NCBI GenBank assembly: GCA_002269645.1
Contig: NIVC01001442.1
Location: 62,043 to 126,042 of the forward strand
Source: Macrostomum lignano
Lineage: Eukaryota
DNA length: 64,000 nt
Direction: 5' to 3'
Both the position numbers and the translations under genes were made by a program. Each line of letters starts with the position of its first letter. Within the stretch, counting starts at the first letter, position 1. This document shows, piece after piece, positions 40,601 through 51,700 of the stretch. Under the pieces are notes generated by a model that was not told the DNA's origin, did not search any database, and worked only from the letters and a program-made list of their open reading frames with translations.

Positions 40601-43344
40601 TAGACGCAGGTGTCCAGAACTTAACTATCTGCAGTTATTTTGTAGCCTCCCTTTTTCCTTTAAGCTGTCATATCCGCTGTCCTTGCTGCGCATCGCTGAA
40701 CAGTTTAAGGACTGAACGGCCCTCTGTCTCGCTTATCTATCCAAAAGCGAAATCTTTCCGACCTTTCCTTCCTTCTCCTTTCCTTCCTCTTTCCAATATC
40801 TATCAGGACGGGTTTAGCGCAGTTTTCTTGCCAGCCAAATTCAGAAGATGGGCGTTGGGACTTGGGAACTTGAGAGATAGAGAAGAGAAGAGAGCGCTAA
40901 GGGAGAATCTCGTGCTTCACTTAGCCCTCTCCCGGTCTCTTCAATGCACTTTGAGCTGCGCGCTGAGCTAGGCGCTAAAGCTCATCCTTTACCCTCTCTC
41001 CCTCTCCTTATCTCCTCCTCTCATTTGAAAGCTCCGTTGGCATCACAGCAGTGTCGGGTCGGCTTCTGCGGGCGAAGCGCAGAAGTCGAGCAGAGGCTTG
41101 GCGAGGCGCCAACGCAAGGCTAAGGGATGGCCTCGCTTTACTAGTAGTTAATTATTGAGGGCGTGAGTAGCGCTGCGGCCGCCTCTTCCTCATCCCCTTC
41201 TCAGTCTCTCTTTCTCTGCCGTCTCACGGGAGCAAAATTGCCTATTGATGTGTTCCAACTGCTGCCTTCTTGCTTTCTATTTATAAAGCTTTATGGTGAT
41301 AATGGCAATAGGGGCGCCTTGCAATCCGGCTTAGTGGATTTTCTAATTGGGAATGGGAGGCGAGCGGCCGAGAATGTGCTAGTGTTGGCCTCAGTGAGTG
41401 ATGGGGGCGGAAGACCAGCCTCAGTGAGTGATGGGGGCGGAAAATCGGCCTCAGTGAGTGATGGGGGGCGGAAAATCGGCCTCAGTGAGTGATGGGGGCG
41501 GAAAATCGGCCTCAGTGAGTGATGGGGCGGAAAATCGGCCTCAGTGAGTGATGGGGGCGGAAGACCAGCCTCAGTGAGTGATAGGGGGGCGGAAGACCAG
41601 CCTCAGTGAGTGTCGGGGGGCGGAAGACCAGCCTCAGTGAAGTGTTGGAGGGGGGGAGAAGTGATTCAGTGCAATTGTAAACACGCCAAACTGTTTAGCA
41701 TGTGAGCAGCTTGTATTCTGCACTGCTGCTTCTTAGATATCAACTTGTTTGGCAGGTGGCTTCTATTTTAATCCACAAGCTCTGTTTATCAGCTACGAGT
41801 ATATATATTCGAATAATTTTAGACTTGTGCAGTTTGAAATTCAGTGCGCCCACTAAGTGTGAACAGGAGAAGCTGTTTAAAATTAAATTTGTGTGCTATT
41901 TTGTCAAGCGAATGCTGCTAGTCTATCGATATGGATTTAGTTGGGTCAGTTTTGCCAGCTGGAGCGCATTTAGCGCCGCTAACAAAAGCTCAATGCCTTT
42001 CTAGTTTCGTGGGAATCCTTAAAATCGGTGTTCTACTAATCCTCTGCCTGGCACACTGCATTGACAGGCCGGGCCTGAGCCTCTCTCGGGTTCACCTCCG
42101 AGGTCTCATATTTCATTTTTTGAGCCCAACAATCTTCTCTGCTTCTGTAGTCTAGAAAGCTCTAGCTGCCGCTTTGAGGTTGAGGGGGGGGGCGCCGGCT
42201 TTCCTAGCCGCATTTTCTGAGCTGTCCTGTGGGGAAGCTAAGGCTTCAGGTCTCGGGAAAGTTTTGAGTTTGCTGTTGCTGGGAATGAGAGAGGCGGCTG
42301 CTGCGTAAGGAGAAACCTCTTTCTGGTGGGAGAAGAGGGGCAGAGAATAGGGGGGGGGGCGATATTGACGGCGGAAGTTGGGAAGGAACAATGCAAGCTT
42401 TTATGAAAAGAGGAAATTTGTGGCGAAGAAGTTGAAGCCCGGAACTCTGGCGCCCCGAGGCCACCCCCCTCCCCCTCCGACCGCAGCCTTGCAGCAGCGG
42501 GCCGCCGCCAGTCTTTCACCTCGCATTCGGCATTGCGGCTTGTCTATAGAAATTAATCCAATTTAAACTGCTCAAAGTTTCAATATTTTTTACATTCATC
42601 ACTGGCATGGGGAAATTTTTCCTGAGTTGGTGGCTGGGGAAAAAAGCAAACCGCATCAACATTCAGCCAGTTTGATCAGCTGCCGGAAATCCAGCTTATA
42701 GCTCGTATGAACAAAGCGAGTAGGCAGGTGGCGTGCGGCGCCGAATTTTCCTGGTTTATCGGCCTGTCCGACGCCCGCAAGGGGTTGTGGGGAATGAGTA
42801 ATCGCTGCGACTGGGCGGCGCATTTGCTTGGCGTGCTACTGACAGTAGACTGACCAGTGTCTGAGCCTTTTTCTTTGATATTTTCTCTGATTGCTTTTTT
42901 GCTTCCTCCGATCACTCCCCCCCCCCTATTCTCCGCTCTCTGCCGCCCCTTTTCTCCGCTCTCTGCCGCCCTTTTACTCCGCTCTCTGCCGCCCTTTTAC
43001 TCCGCTCTCTGCCGCCCTTTTACTCCGCTCTCTGCCGCCCCTTTTCTCCGCTCTCTGCCGCCCCTATTCTCCGCTCTCTGCCGCCCCTTTTCTCCGCTCT
43101 CTGCCGCCCCTATTCTCCGCTGGGCAATTAATTTCGCTAATGCCGCTAAACCGCCCAACCCGCAGAGGAGATGGAGCTGTCTGCCATGGACAACAGCAAC
43201 AGCAACGGCGGCGGCGTCGGCAGCGGCAGCTCCGTCGGTCGCGCCGTGGTCTGCGACAGCCCGGACTCCGGCTACGCCACCCCGCCAAGCTGCGGGGCCG
43301 CCACTGCTGCCGCTGCCGCGGCCGCCTCCACAATTATGGCCTGA
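28472..43344 (+). CDS. MXD: Mad/MXD/Mxi1-family bHLH-Zip transcriptional repressor; join(28472-28613,28721-29075,30024-30141,33160-33412,43166-43344)
   Basis: Sin3-interaction-like GLVMLYEAAMLIEQQ; basic-HLH RSSHNELEKNR|RAHLRQCLDSLRDQLP...RLTMLNVLNRSHSYLK; zipper ELQSLSSEQ...LRRQL; tail EEMELS...DSGYAT. Junction phases are consistent (1,2,0,1). The exon-1 donor and the start codon are uncertain. Confidence 0.88.
28721..29075 (+). CDS. MXD: MXD exon 2 (linker and basic region)
   Basis: ttcag|TT GCC ... GAG AAG AAC AG|gcaagc (GC donor). Confidence 0.85.
29701..29940. repeat. ~23-bp intronic array (MXD intron 2)
   Basis: GGGGGTCAACTGACCTCTGTTGA variants, about 9 copies. Confidence 0.92.
30024..30141 (+). 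CDS. MXD: MXD exon 3 (HLH)
   Basis: ttcaag|G CGC GCT CAT CTG ... CTC AAG|gtgag; not represented in the ORF track. Confidence 0.92.
32630..33112. repeat. 23-bp intronic array (MXD intron 3)
   Basis: CAATCTCAGACCAATCTTGTCTC variants. Confidence 0.93.
33160..33412 (+). CDS. MXD: MXD exon 4 (leucine zipper, poly-Ala)
   Basis: cgcag|GAG CTG CAG ... TCA G|gtgag. Confidence 0.88.
35218..35260. repeat. (CT)n microsatellite
   Basis: Direct reading. Confidence 0.95.
35452..36742. repeat. 38-bp pyrimidine-rich array built from CACTCT sub-repeats
   Basis: CACTCTCCATCACTCTTGTCACTCTGCTTCACTCTCCT; degenerates towards the 3' end. Confidence 0.97.
36744..36810 (+). other. Degenerate tRNA-like or SINE-head remnant with an intact B box
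   Basis: GGTTCGATTCC at 36788-36798, preceded by a D-arm-like CTCAGT...AGC; no complete cloverleaf. Confidence 0.3.
37602..37676. repeat. (GA)n microsatellite
   Basis: Direct reading. Confidence 0.97.
39175..40480. repeat. 35-bp intronic minisatellite
   Basis: CAGCATCCCGATCCCACAGCTGGAAGCTCTAGTGT, about 37 copies. Confidence 0.98.
41385..41640. repeat. 30-bp minisatellite
   Basis: GCCTCAGTGAGTGATGGGGGCGGAAAATCG, about 8 copies. Confidence 0.95.
42925..43120. repeat. 22-23-bp pyrimidine-rich array just upstream of the MXD last exon
   Basis: CTCCGCTCTCTGCCGCCCCTTTT. Confidence 0.95.
43166..43344 (+). CDS. MXD: MXD last exon
   Basis: cgcag|AG GAG ATG ... ATG GCC TGA; phase 1 matches exon 4; GC-rich codon style. 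Confidence 0.7.
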
Positions 43345-44622
43345 AACGAACAGAGGGCAGACGAAGCCCTTGACAGCCTGTGCAAGGTGTCTTGCTTGCT
43401 CCTCCTAGAAGCAGACAATAATAATAATTGATGCCGGAGCCGCAACTGAAATAGCTGATCTCTTTTTCTACTCCGACGCCCCTTGTTCCTCTCTGCGTAG
43501 CGAAGTTCGATACGATTAATATTCACATTTATGTTTTTTATAGATCTTAGTTCCTGACAGAATGTTTTAATTATTAATCATCATTTTTGAGTTCTTTTTT
43601 GCGCACAGAGAAGGATTGAGCTCAACGAGCAGATGAAGAAAGCGGAACCCAGTTTCATTTTGAGCTGCATTACCTGACCCCCCAGCAACTATATCTCGTT
43701 AGTAGCGTTGTGTCTCACTATATATATTTTTTCTCTGCTTCTCTCGTTTTAATCTGTCTACTCATTACCAGTGAGTCGGAGCCAAGTTGTTTGTTAATGC
43801 TAATCCATTGAACTGCTGCCTGGTTGCGATGGAGAAGTTCTCAAGTCAGCTCAGCAGTTCATGATTTGCACTGCCCCCCTTCTATAGTTATTTTGTTACT
43901 GTCCCCTGTTTGCTTCTGTCTGCCTCATCTTCATCTGCTCCAGGCTCCCTGCCCGTCTCTCCAGCTAATGCCGACAGCACAGTTTCTCAGGTTTGATTAA
44001 TTATTGAAATTGCTGGCCAGCTCGTGCGCGTCCGCGATCTAATCTGCACTCATTAAATAAGCTCTTGCCCTCCGTCAAATCCCCAACATTCTTTGTTCCA
44101 TTCGTTTGACAGCAGCCCCTCTTATCACAGTTTTTACTTATTAGAGTTCGCCCAGCGTCAGTCATTTATTACGTAATCAGCAGTTGACTCCCGCCTACGC
44201 ACCTTTGCTGCAGTGAGCTGCAGTTATGCACAGGTAGCACTTTGGTATTGTAGCAATTGTGAGCCTGCATATATTCTATACACATTAATATGCATCAACA
44301 TATTTGTGTTTACTATTAATTATAATTATAAACTGATAGCGCATATCGACGTTTGAAAATCTTTGCTGAGTTGACATGGAATTTGCGGATATTTGTCTGC
44401 GTTTCTCTGCTTTCACTTCCTTTGGAGTCTTTGATCATTTTATTGATTCTGAGTCTCGACCGGCTTAGAGGTCAGGTTTATGTGTAGGTTTAGAGTAACA
44501 TGATGGCAAAATGAAATAAATAATAACAAATACATCAATTTTGTAAGCGCATTTAAAAATAGTATTGCTTTGTTGAGAAAAATAAGTCAGTTTGAACTTT
44601 TGGAAACAAAACAAAAAACTTT

Positions 44623-44883
44623 GAGGCTTTTCATATTACCAATTCCAGAATCAGAATCGGTTCGGATCTTCCAAGAAAACAGCAGTATAACTATTTAATT
44701 CTGTTGAATGTTTGACTGCCTTAACAACCTCACTTAGCACAATTTTTCACTTTCTTCTTGGCGATTGTCATTCAATAATAAAAACTTTATAGCACGTATC
44801 TCCCTCTAGTTATGGAGACAAAAAGTTATACTTCACAAATTGGTTCTGGTTCTGGAACCAGAACAAGCAATATGAAAAGGCCC
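44623..44883. mobile_element. PIF/Harbinger-like MITE, copy 2 (261 bp)
   Basis: Near-identical to 13167-13398, with a 34-bp internal insertion and lacking a 5-bp duplication; left TIR matches 13/15; 3-bp TSD TTT. Confidence 0.8.
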
Positions 44884-44939
44884 TTTGATTTTGCTGAATT
44901 GCGCACCCCAATTCACACACCTCATAGCTCAAACCTCAA

Positions 44940-45060
44940 CTCACTCCACACCCACCTCACTCTACACCCACCTCACTTCGCACCCACCTCACTTCACACC
45001 CACCTCACTTCACACCCACCTCACTTCACACCCACCTCAATCCACGTACATCCACCTCGC
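44940..45060. repeat. 16-bp array
   Basis: CACCCACCTCACTTCA. Confidence 0.88.
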
Positions 45061-45339
45061 TCCAACTGCATCTATCCTAAATATTAGCCAGTAGTAAATA
45101 ATCAGCAAAATGCAACAAAGTCTAATTTAATACCGATAATAATACCAGCCAGTTAGCGTATAAGTGCGTGAAAATCAATTCAAATGAGCGAGGGAAGCGA
45201 AAGTTGAAAACAGCGATAAAAAATGACAAACTGCGCGTTGTGCCGAGAACTGCGCGGTAAAAACACCTGATCGAGTCGTAGCCAAGTATTTAATAATTCC
45301 TTTGGAATCACCTGAAAATAGTGAGTTTGCGGCCATGAG

Positions 45340-45746
45340 TTATCGAGTACCTTTAAGCAGACTCTCCACCTCATCAGCCTTCTCTTCCTCCTCGTGATTG
45401 TCGTCGCTGTCGTTGCCGTTGGTCCGCGGGCCCTCCGTCAGGATGGCGGGGTCCTTTGGCCTCAGGAAGGCGTCGCACCGCTCAGTAGGCGGCGGCGTCG
45501 GCGGCCGTCGCTGGAGAAGGTCGGCCAGCGCCGCAAGGCGGCCGGCGACTCCGGCTAAGCCGGCCTTCAGCTCGGCGACGTCGCCGCGCAGACGTCGCAG
45601 CTCGTCGGCATCGGCTTCGTCGCTAATTAAGCGGCGGCTCGATTGATTAGGCGGCGAATTAGGTGACGAATTAGGCGGCGGCCTCGAGTGGTGGGGCCGA
45701 AACGAGAAAGAGGTTTGGCGGGCGATGGCTGCGGAGGTGAGGTCCA
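45340..45746 (-). CDS. KCNH8: Elk last exon (tetramerisation coiled coil)
   Basis: cgcag|TG GAC CTC ... [31 protein letters not shown] ... TAA. Confidence 0.82.
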
Positions 45747-48700
45747 CTGCGGGCCGGGCGCATAGTTATTCAATGGTGTAACGAGGGTCGTTAGAATAAA
45801 TCCGGAAATTTTACTGGCACGATGTCCGTGAATTTGTCGGCTTCCTAGCTATAGCCCAAATAAACTCCAGTTTCCAGGAAGAAAAGATAGGAATTTTATC
45901 AACGAGCGTTACGCAATCCTAATGAGCGTTTCCTAATCCTAAAAGTGTTTCCTAATCCTAATAGTGTTTCCTAATCCTAATAGTGTCACCTAATGCTAAT
46001 CAGTGTTTTCTATCCTCATGAGTGTTTCATATCCTCATATGATTATTTCCTATCCTAGGATCAACTTGAGTGGAATAGACTTCTTTAGTGATTTGAGTAT
46101 TTGGTAGAGCATCAACAGTGATAGGTGAATTTGGCTGAAACAATTTCAAATTATAAAATATTGCCACCCTTCAAGCCCGGACCTGTTGAGTTCCCTCTGC
46201 TCCGCTTGAGAATTCCAACCAGAGGCGCCAGCGGCTGCAGCGACTGCCCGGCAGAAGCGCCGCCGTCCGCCGACGTCGCCTCCCCGCTGACACCGCCGGT
46301 GCGCGCTCGGACGGAGCTGCAGCGACGCTGCTGCTGACTGGGCGGCGATGGCGGCGACTGCTCGGTCCTCGAGCTGGCAAAGTCCGGCGTCGGCTCGGCA
46401 CAGAGCAGCGGCGAGGGTCTGCCAAAGAGTTCAAAATTTCTGCAAGGTAAACTTCTGACTACTGTTAGTAACAAAACACGCTTGATTTGCGCACTCAGAT
46501 TAAAAATAAAGAAATTTTCAATGGCAGGGGCGATTTAAGGACAGGGGGTAGCGGGAGCCTTATCTAATGACAAGGGGTAGCGGGAGCCTTATCTAATGAC
46601 AGGGAGTAGCGGGAGCCTTATCTAATGACAATGGGTAGCGGGAGCCTTATCTAATGACAAGGGGTAGCGGGAGCCTTATCTAATGACAATGGGTAGCGGG
46701 AGCCTTATCTAATGACAAGGGGTAGCGGGAGCCTTATCTAATGACAATGGGTAGCGGGAGCCTTATCTAATGACAAGGGGTAGCGGGAGCCTTATCTAAG
46801 ACAAGGGGTAGCGGGAGCCTTATCTAATGACAATGGGTAGCGGGAGCCTTATCTAATGACAATGGGTAGCGGGAGCCGTATCTAAGGACAGGGAGTAGCG
46901 GGAGCCTTATCTAATGACAAGGGGTAGCGGGAGCCTTATCTAATGACAATGGGTAGCGGGAGCCTTATCTAATGACAATGGGTAGCGGGAGCCGTATCTA
47001 AGGACAGGGAGTAGCGGGAGCCTTATCTAATGACAGGGGGCAGCGGGAGCCTTATCTAAGGACCACGCGCCTGTCACCGCCGGACCCCTGTAGGGTGCCT
47101 GCAGCGTCAGCAGCAGCAACTCCTGCACCGACTTGTGGCGACTCGGCGGGGATGATGAGGCTGGAGTCGCTCAGACAAAAACTTGCCCCTGAGATGCTTT
47201 GTTTAAAACACAATGCTCTCGAATCGCTATCACAGGAGTACTTTTTGTGCAAAGTTTTGATGTAGGCAAGAGTTAGTGTTTAATAGAAGACTCACGGCAT
47301 GCTCTACTCACAATAGTACGCTCGTATGCAGGGAAAGCACTGCATAGGATTAATAAAATCATGCAAATTTATTGGCTCAATAAAACATGCTTGCAGGCCG
47401 AGTTAGTCCTTATTAAGATTGAGTGTTTCAACGGAGAAAGGACTAATGCAGGCATATAATACGCTCGTAGCAGGTTTCAGTTTTCAACTTTCAAATTATT
47501 TTATTTGTACCTGTCTCTGGAGACCCTCAGTTTGGAAGCCTTTAGCCACTGCCGCAGTGAGCGGCCAGGCTGATGATGAGGCCTTTTGTTGGGTTTTTAC
47601 GGGGGGATACGGAAGCTGGGTTTCAAACAACTGCGACAATACAGCTCATGTTTACTGAGACCTGCGTTGGTTTTGTGAGGCACAACTGCACCCAACTCAC
47701 CTCCACGGCTCCTACCTCAATACTGATCACTCTCCCCAAGCACAAAAGCACTCAACACTCGCCACCCCACTCCCTACCACCTCAGCACACACACCCCACT
47801 CCCTATCACCCCAGCAAACACACCCCACTCCTTATCACCCCAGCACACACACCCCACTCCTTATCACCCCAGCACACACACCCCACTCCCTATCACCCCA
47901 GCACACACCCCACTCCCTATCACACCAGCACACACACCCCACTCCTTATCACCCCAGCACACACCCCACTCCTTATCACCCCAGCACACACCCCACTCCC
48001 TATCACACCAGCACACACACCCCACTCCCTGTCACACCAGCTGTCGGTTTTCCATCCTCCAAATATTTGTACTTTCTGTTTTGCAATTCAGCCTCGTTAG
48101 CCGTCTCCTTTCGTCTACCATGCTCTTCCCCACAGACAATATCAACCGTTAATTCACCATAGATAATTCAGCTAACCTGTTCATTATTGTTAGTATAACC
48201 CGCTTCCCACTCCCTACTAACCCCACTCCCTACCACCCCAGCACACTCCCCACTCCCTACCACCACAGCACACGCACTCCCTACCACCACAGCACACACA
48301 CACACACCACTCCCTACCACCCAGCACACACACCCCACTCCCTATCGCCCCAGCACACACCGCACTCCCTACCACCCCAGCACACACACCCCACTCCCTA
48401 TCGCCCCAGCACACACACACATCACTCCCTATCGCCCCAGCACACACACACATCACTCCCTATCGCCCCAGCACACACCGCACTCCCTACCACCCCAGCA
48501 CACACACCCCACTCCCTACCACCCCAGCACACACACACCCCACTCCCTATCGCCCCAGTACACACACATCACTCCCTATCGCCCCAGCACACACACACAC
48601 CCCACTCCCTATCGCCCCAGTACACACACCCCACTCCCTATCACCCCAGCACACACACCCCACTCCCTATCGCCCCAGCACACACACCCCACTCCCTATC

Positions 48701-51700
48701 GCCCCAGTACACACACCCCACTCCCTATCGCCCCAGCACACACACCCCACTCCCTACCACCCCAGCACACACACCCCACTCCCTACCACCCCAGCACACA
48801 CCCCACTCCCTACCATCCCAGCACACACACCCCACTCCCTACCACCCCAGCACACACCCCACTCCCTACCACCCCAGCACACACACACACACCCCACTCC
48901 CTATCGTCCCAGTACACACACCCCACTCCCTATCGCCCCAGCACACACACACATCACTCCCTATCGCCCCAGCACACACACCCCACTCCCTACCACCCCA
49001 GCACACACCCCACTCCCTACCACCCCAGCACACACACACACACCCCACTCCCTATCGTCCCAGTACACACACCCCACTCCCTATCGCCCCAGCACACACA
49101 CACATCACTCCCTATCGCCCCATCACACACACACACCCCACTCCCTATCGCTCCAGCACACACCGCACTCCCTAACCCAATGTTAGCAATAGTGACACAA
49201 ATTTCAACCAACTGCGCTCACTTCAAAGCAGCCAGTCCAGAGTTTCCGCAGGCTCCAAGCAGTTTCTCTTCGCTGCCGTCCACTGCCGTCTTCGAATCTG
49301 CCGCCTCTCCTGCGGCGTTGCCGCCCTCCTCCTCGTCCTCCTCGTCTTCTTCCTTCTCCTCGCCGATGATGGGTAGGGTGACTGCAGGCATCACTGTGCC
49401 GTGCTGCCTCTGGAACTCTTCCTCCTCCTGAGAGCGGGGTTGACAGAAAATCAAAAATGATCAGGCAACTGTAGATGTGTCAGACAGCTGTAGATGTGTC
49501 AGACAGCTGTAGATGTGTCAGGCAACTGTAGATGTGTCAGACAGCTGTAGATGTGTCAGACAACTGTAGATGTGTCAGGCAACTGTAGATTTGTCAGGCA
49601 ACTGTAGATGTGTCAGACAGCTGTAGATGTGTCAGACAGCTGTAGATGTGTCAGACAGCTGTAGATGTGTCAGTTAACTGTAGATGTGTCAGACTATGCA
49701 TAGTCTGAACACAGCATAGCAAAATTTTATGTTTTACTCAAAAAAATTCTACTCTTTAATCACTTCAACCAGGTGTTTCACCTCAATGTCGCTGCCCTCG
49801 CGCATGTTGTAAGCCAAATCCTGCAGCAGGTCGTCCTTGAATTTCTCGTGGTACTCCGGGTACTGCTGCAGCAGCTGGATGAGGCCGCGCAGCTCCACGC
49901 ACTGCAGGTCGCAGTAAGTTAGCGACCTCACGTCGCACATTGAGCGCATGAGACCTTCAGGGTTCTTGATGTCCGTGCCGAACAGGTCGCCCTTGCCTAC
50001 GGGTTCGGGCGGGTTGGGACTGGAGAGTGACTAAGCTGATTCTGGAGAGTGACTAAGCTGATTCTGGAGAGTGACTAGACTGATTCTGGAGAGTGACTAG
50101 ACTGATTCTGGAGAGTGACTAGACTGATTCTGGAAGTGACAAGACTGATTCTACGCTCGTAGAGAGTGACTAGGTTGACTATGGAGAGTGACTAAGCTGA
50201 TTCTGGACGTCTGGAGAGTGACTACGAGCGTAGACTGATTCTAGAGAGCGATGATTATCGATCGCTCACCGAGAATAGCAACCACCATGTTGTCCTTGAG
50301 AATCTCCATGGAGCCATTGACAACAAAATATATGTACTTTAGCACGTCGCCAGAGTGCACAATGTACTCTTCTGGGCGGCAGAACACAGTCAGAATCTGC
50401 TGCGCGATGGCCTTCAGGCAGCCCTGGCTGGCGGATTCGAATATCGGCAGCGACAGGATCTCCCGGTTCAGGTGGAGGGCGATGTCACCTCGCAGTTCAT
50501 CTGGGAAATCCTTCATGATCTGGTTGAAAAATCAGACTGGCTCTTGCAGCCACTTTTGTCGTAAACCCAGCTTTCTCTCTTATTCCACTCTGCATCCACC
50601 CCTCACCTCACTCCCTGTCCTTCCTTGCATAACCTCACTCCCTGTCCCTCTCTGCACCAACCTCACTCCCTGTCCCTCTCTGCACCCACCTCACTCCCTG
50701 TCCCTCTCTGCACCCACCTCACTCCCTGTCCCTCTCTGCACCAACCTCACTCCCTGTCCCTCTCTGCACCCACCTCACTCCCTGTGCCTCCTTGCATAAC
50801 CTCACTCCCTGTCCCTCTCTGCACCAACCTCACTCTCTGTCCCTCTCTGCACCAACCTCACTCCCTGTCCCTCTCGCACCAACCTCACTCCCTGTCCCTC
50901 TCTGCACCCACCTCACTCCCTGTCCCTCTCTGCACCCACCTCACTCCCTGTCCCTCTGCACCCACCCCACTCCCTGTGCCTCCTTGCATAACCTCACTCC
51001 CTGTCCCTCTCTGCACCCACCTCACTCCCTGTGCCTCCTTGCATAACCTCACTCCCTGTCCCTCTCTGCACCCGCCTCACTCCCTGTCCCTCTCTGCACC
51101 AACCTCACTCCCTATCTCTCTCTGCACCAACCTCACTCCCTGTCCCTCTCTGCACCCACCTCACTCCCTGTCCCTCTCTGCACCCACCTCACTCCCTGTC
51201 CCTCTGCACCCACCCCACTCCCTGTGCCTCCTTGCATAACCTCACTCCCTGTCCCTCTCTGCACCCACCTCACTCCCTGTCCCTCTCTGCACCCACCTCA
51301 CTCCCTGTCCCTCTGAACCCACCCCACTCCGTGTCCCAAGGACACACCCACTTCGCCCATCTTTACCCCATGTTTGAGCAGGCCTGCTTCAAATGCCCTT
51401 TCACAACTCACCTCGTTGGGATTGATGCCTCTATTGATGGACCACATTGCCTGGAAGAACTCCTGCATGCGCCGCTTCAAATGCTTGGGAATGTGATGCG
51501 TTCTGGTGAAGTCCTTCAGCTCCTGAGTCTTGGCCGTGTAGGCCGCCCGCCTGGCGTACATCTTCTGGATGAGGGCTGTCACATTGCCGAAGACCGCTGC
51601 GTGCATCAGGGCTGCAGCGGGGGCAAAGGATGATTTTCATGATGAAAATTTGTAAGTTATTAGCAGTTTGGACCACCCACAGAATATATGGGGGTGTATT

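Noticed and set aside
44439-44520. Overlapping antisense 3' ends of MXD (AATAAA 44515) and Elk (AATAAA 44444-39)
   Set aside because: Closer ATTAAA signals exist for Elk, and actual poly(A) sites cannot be inferred from sequence alone.
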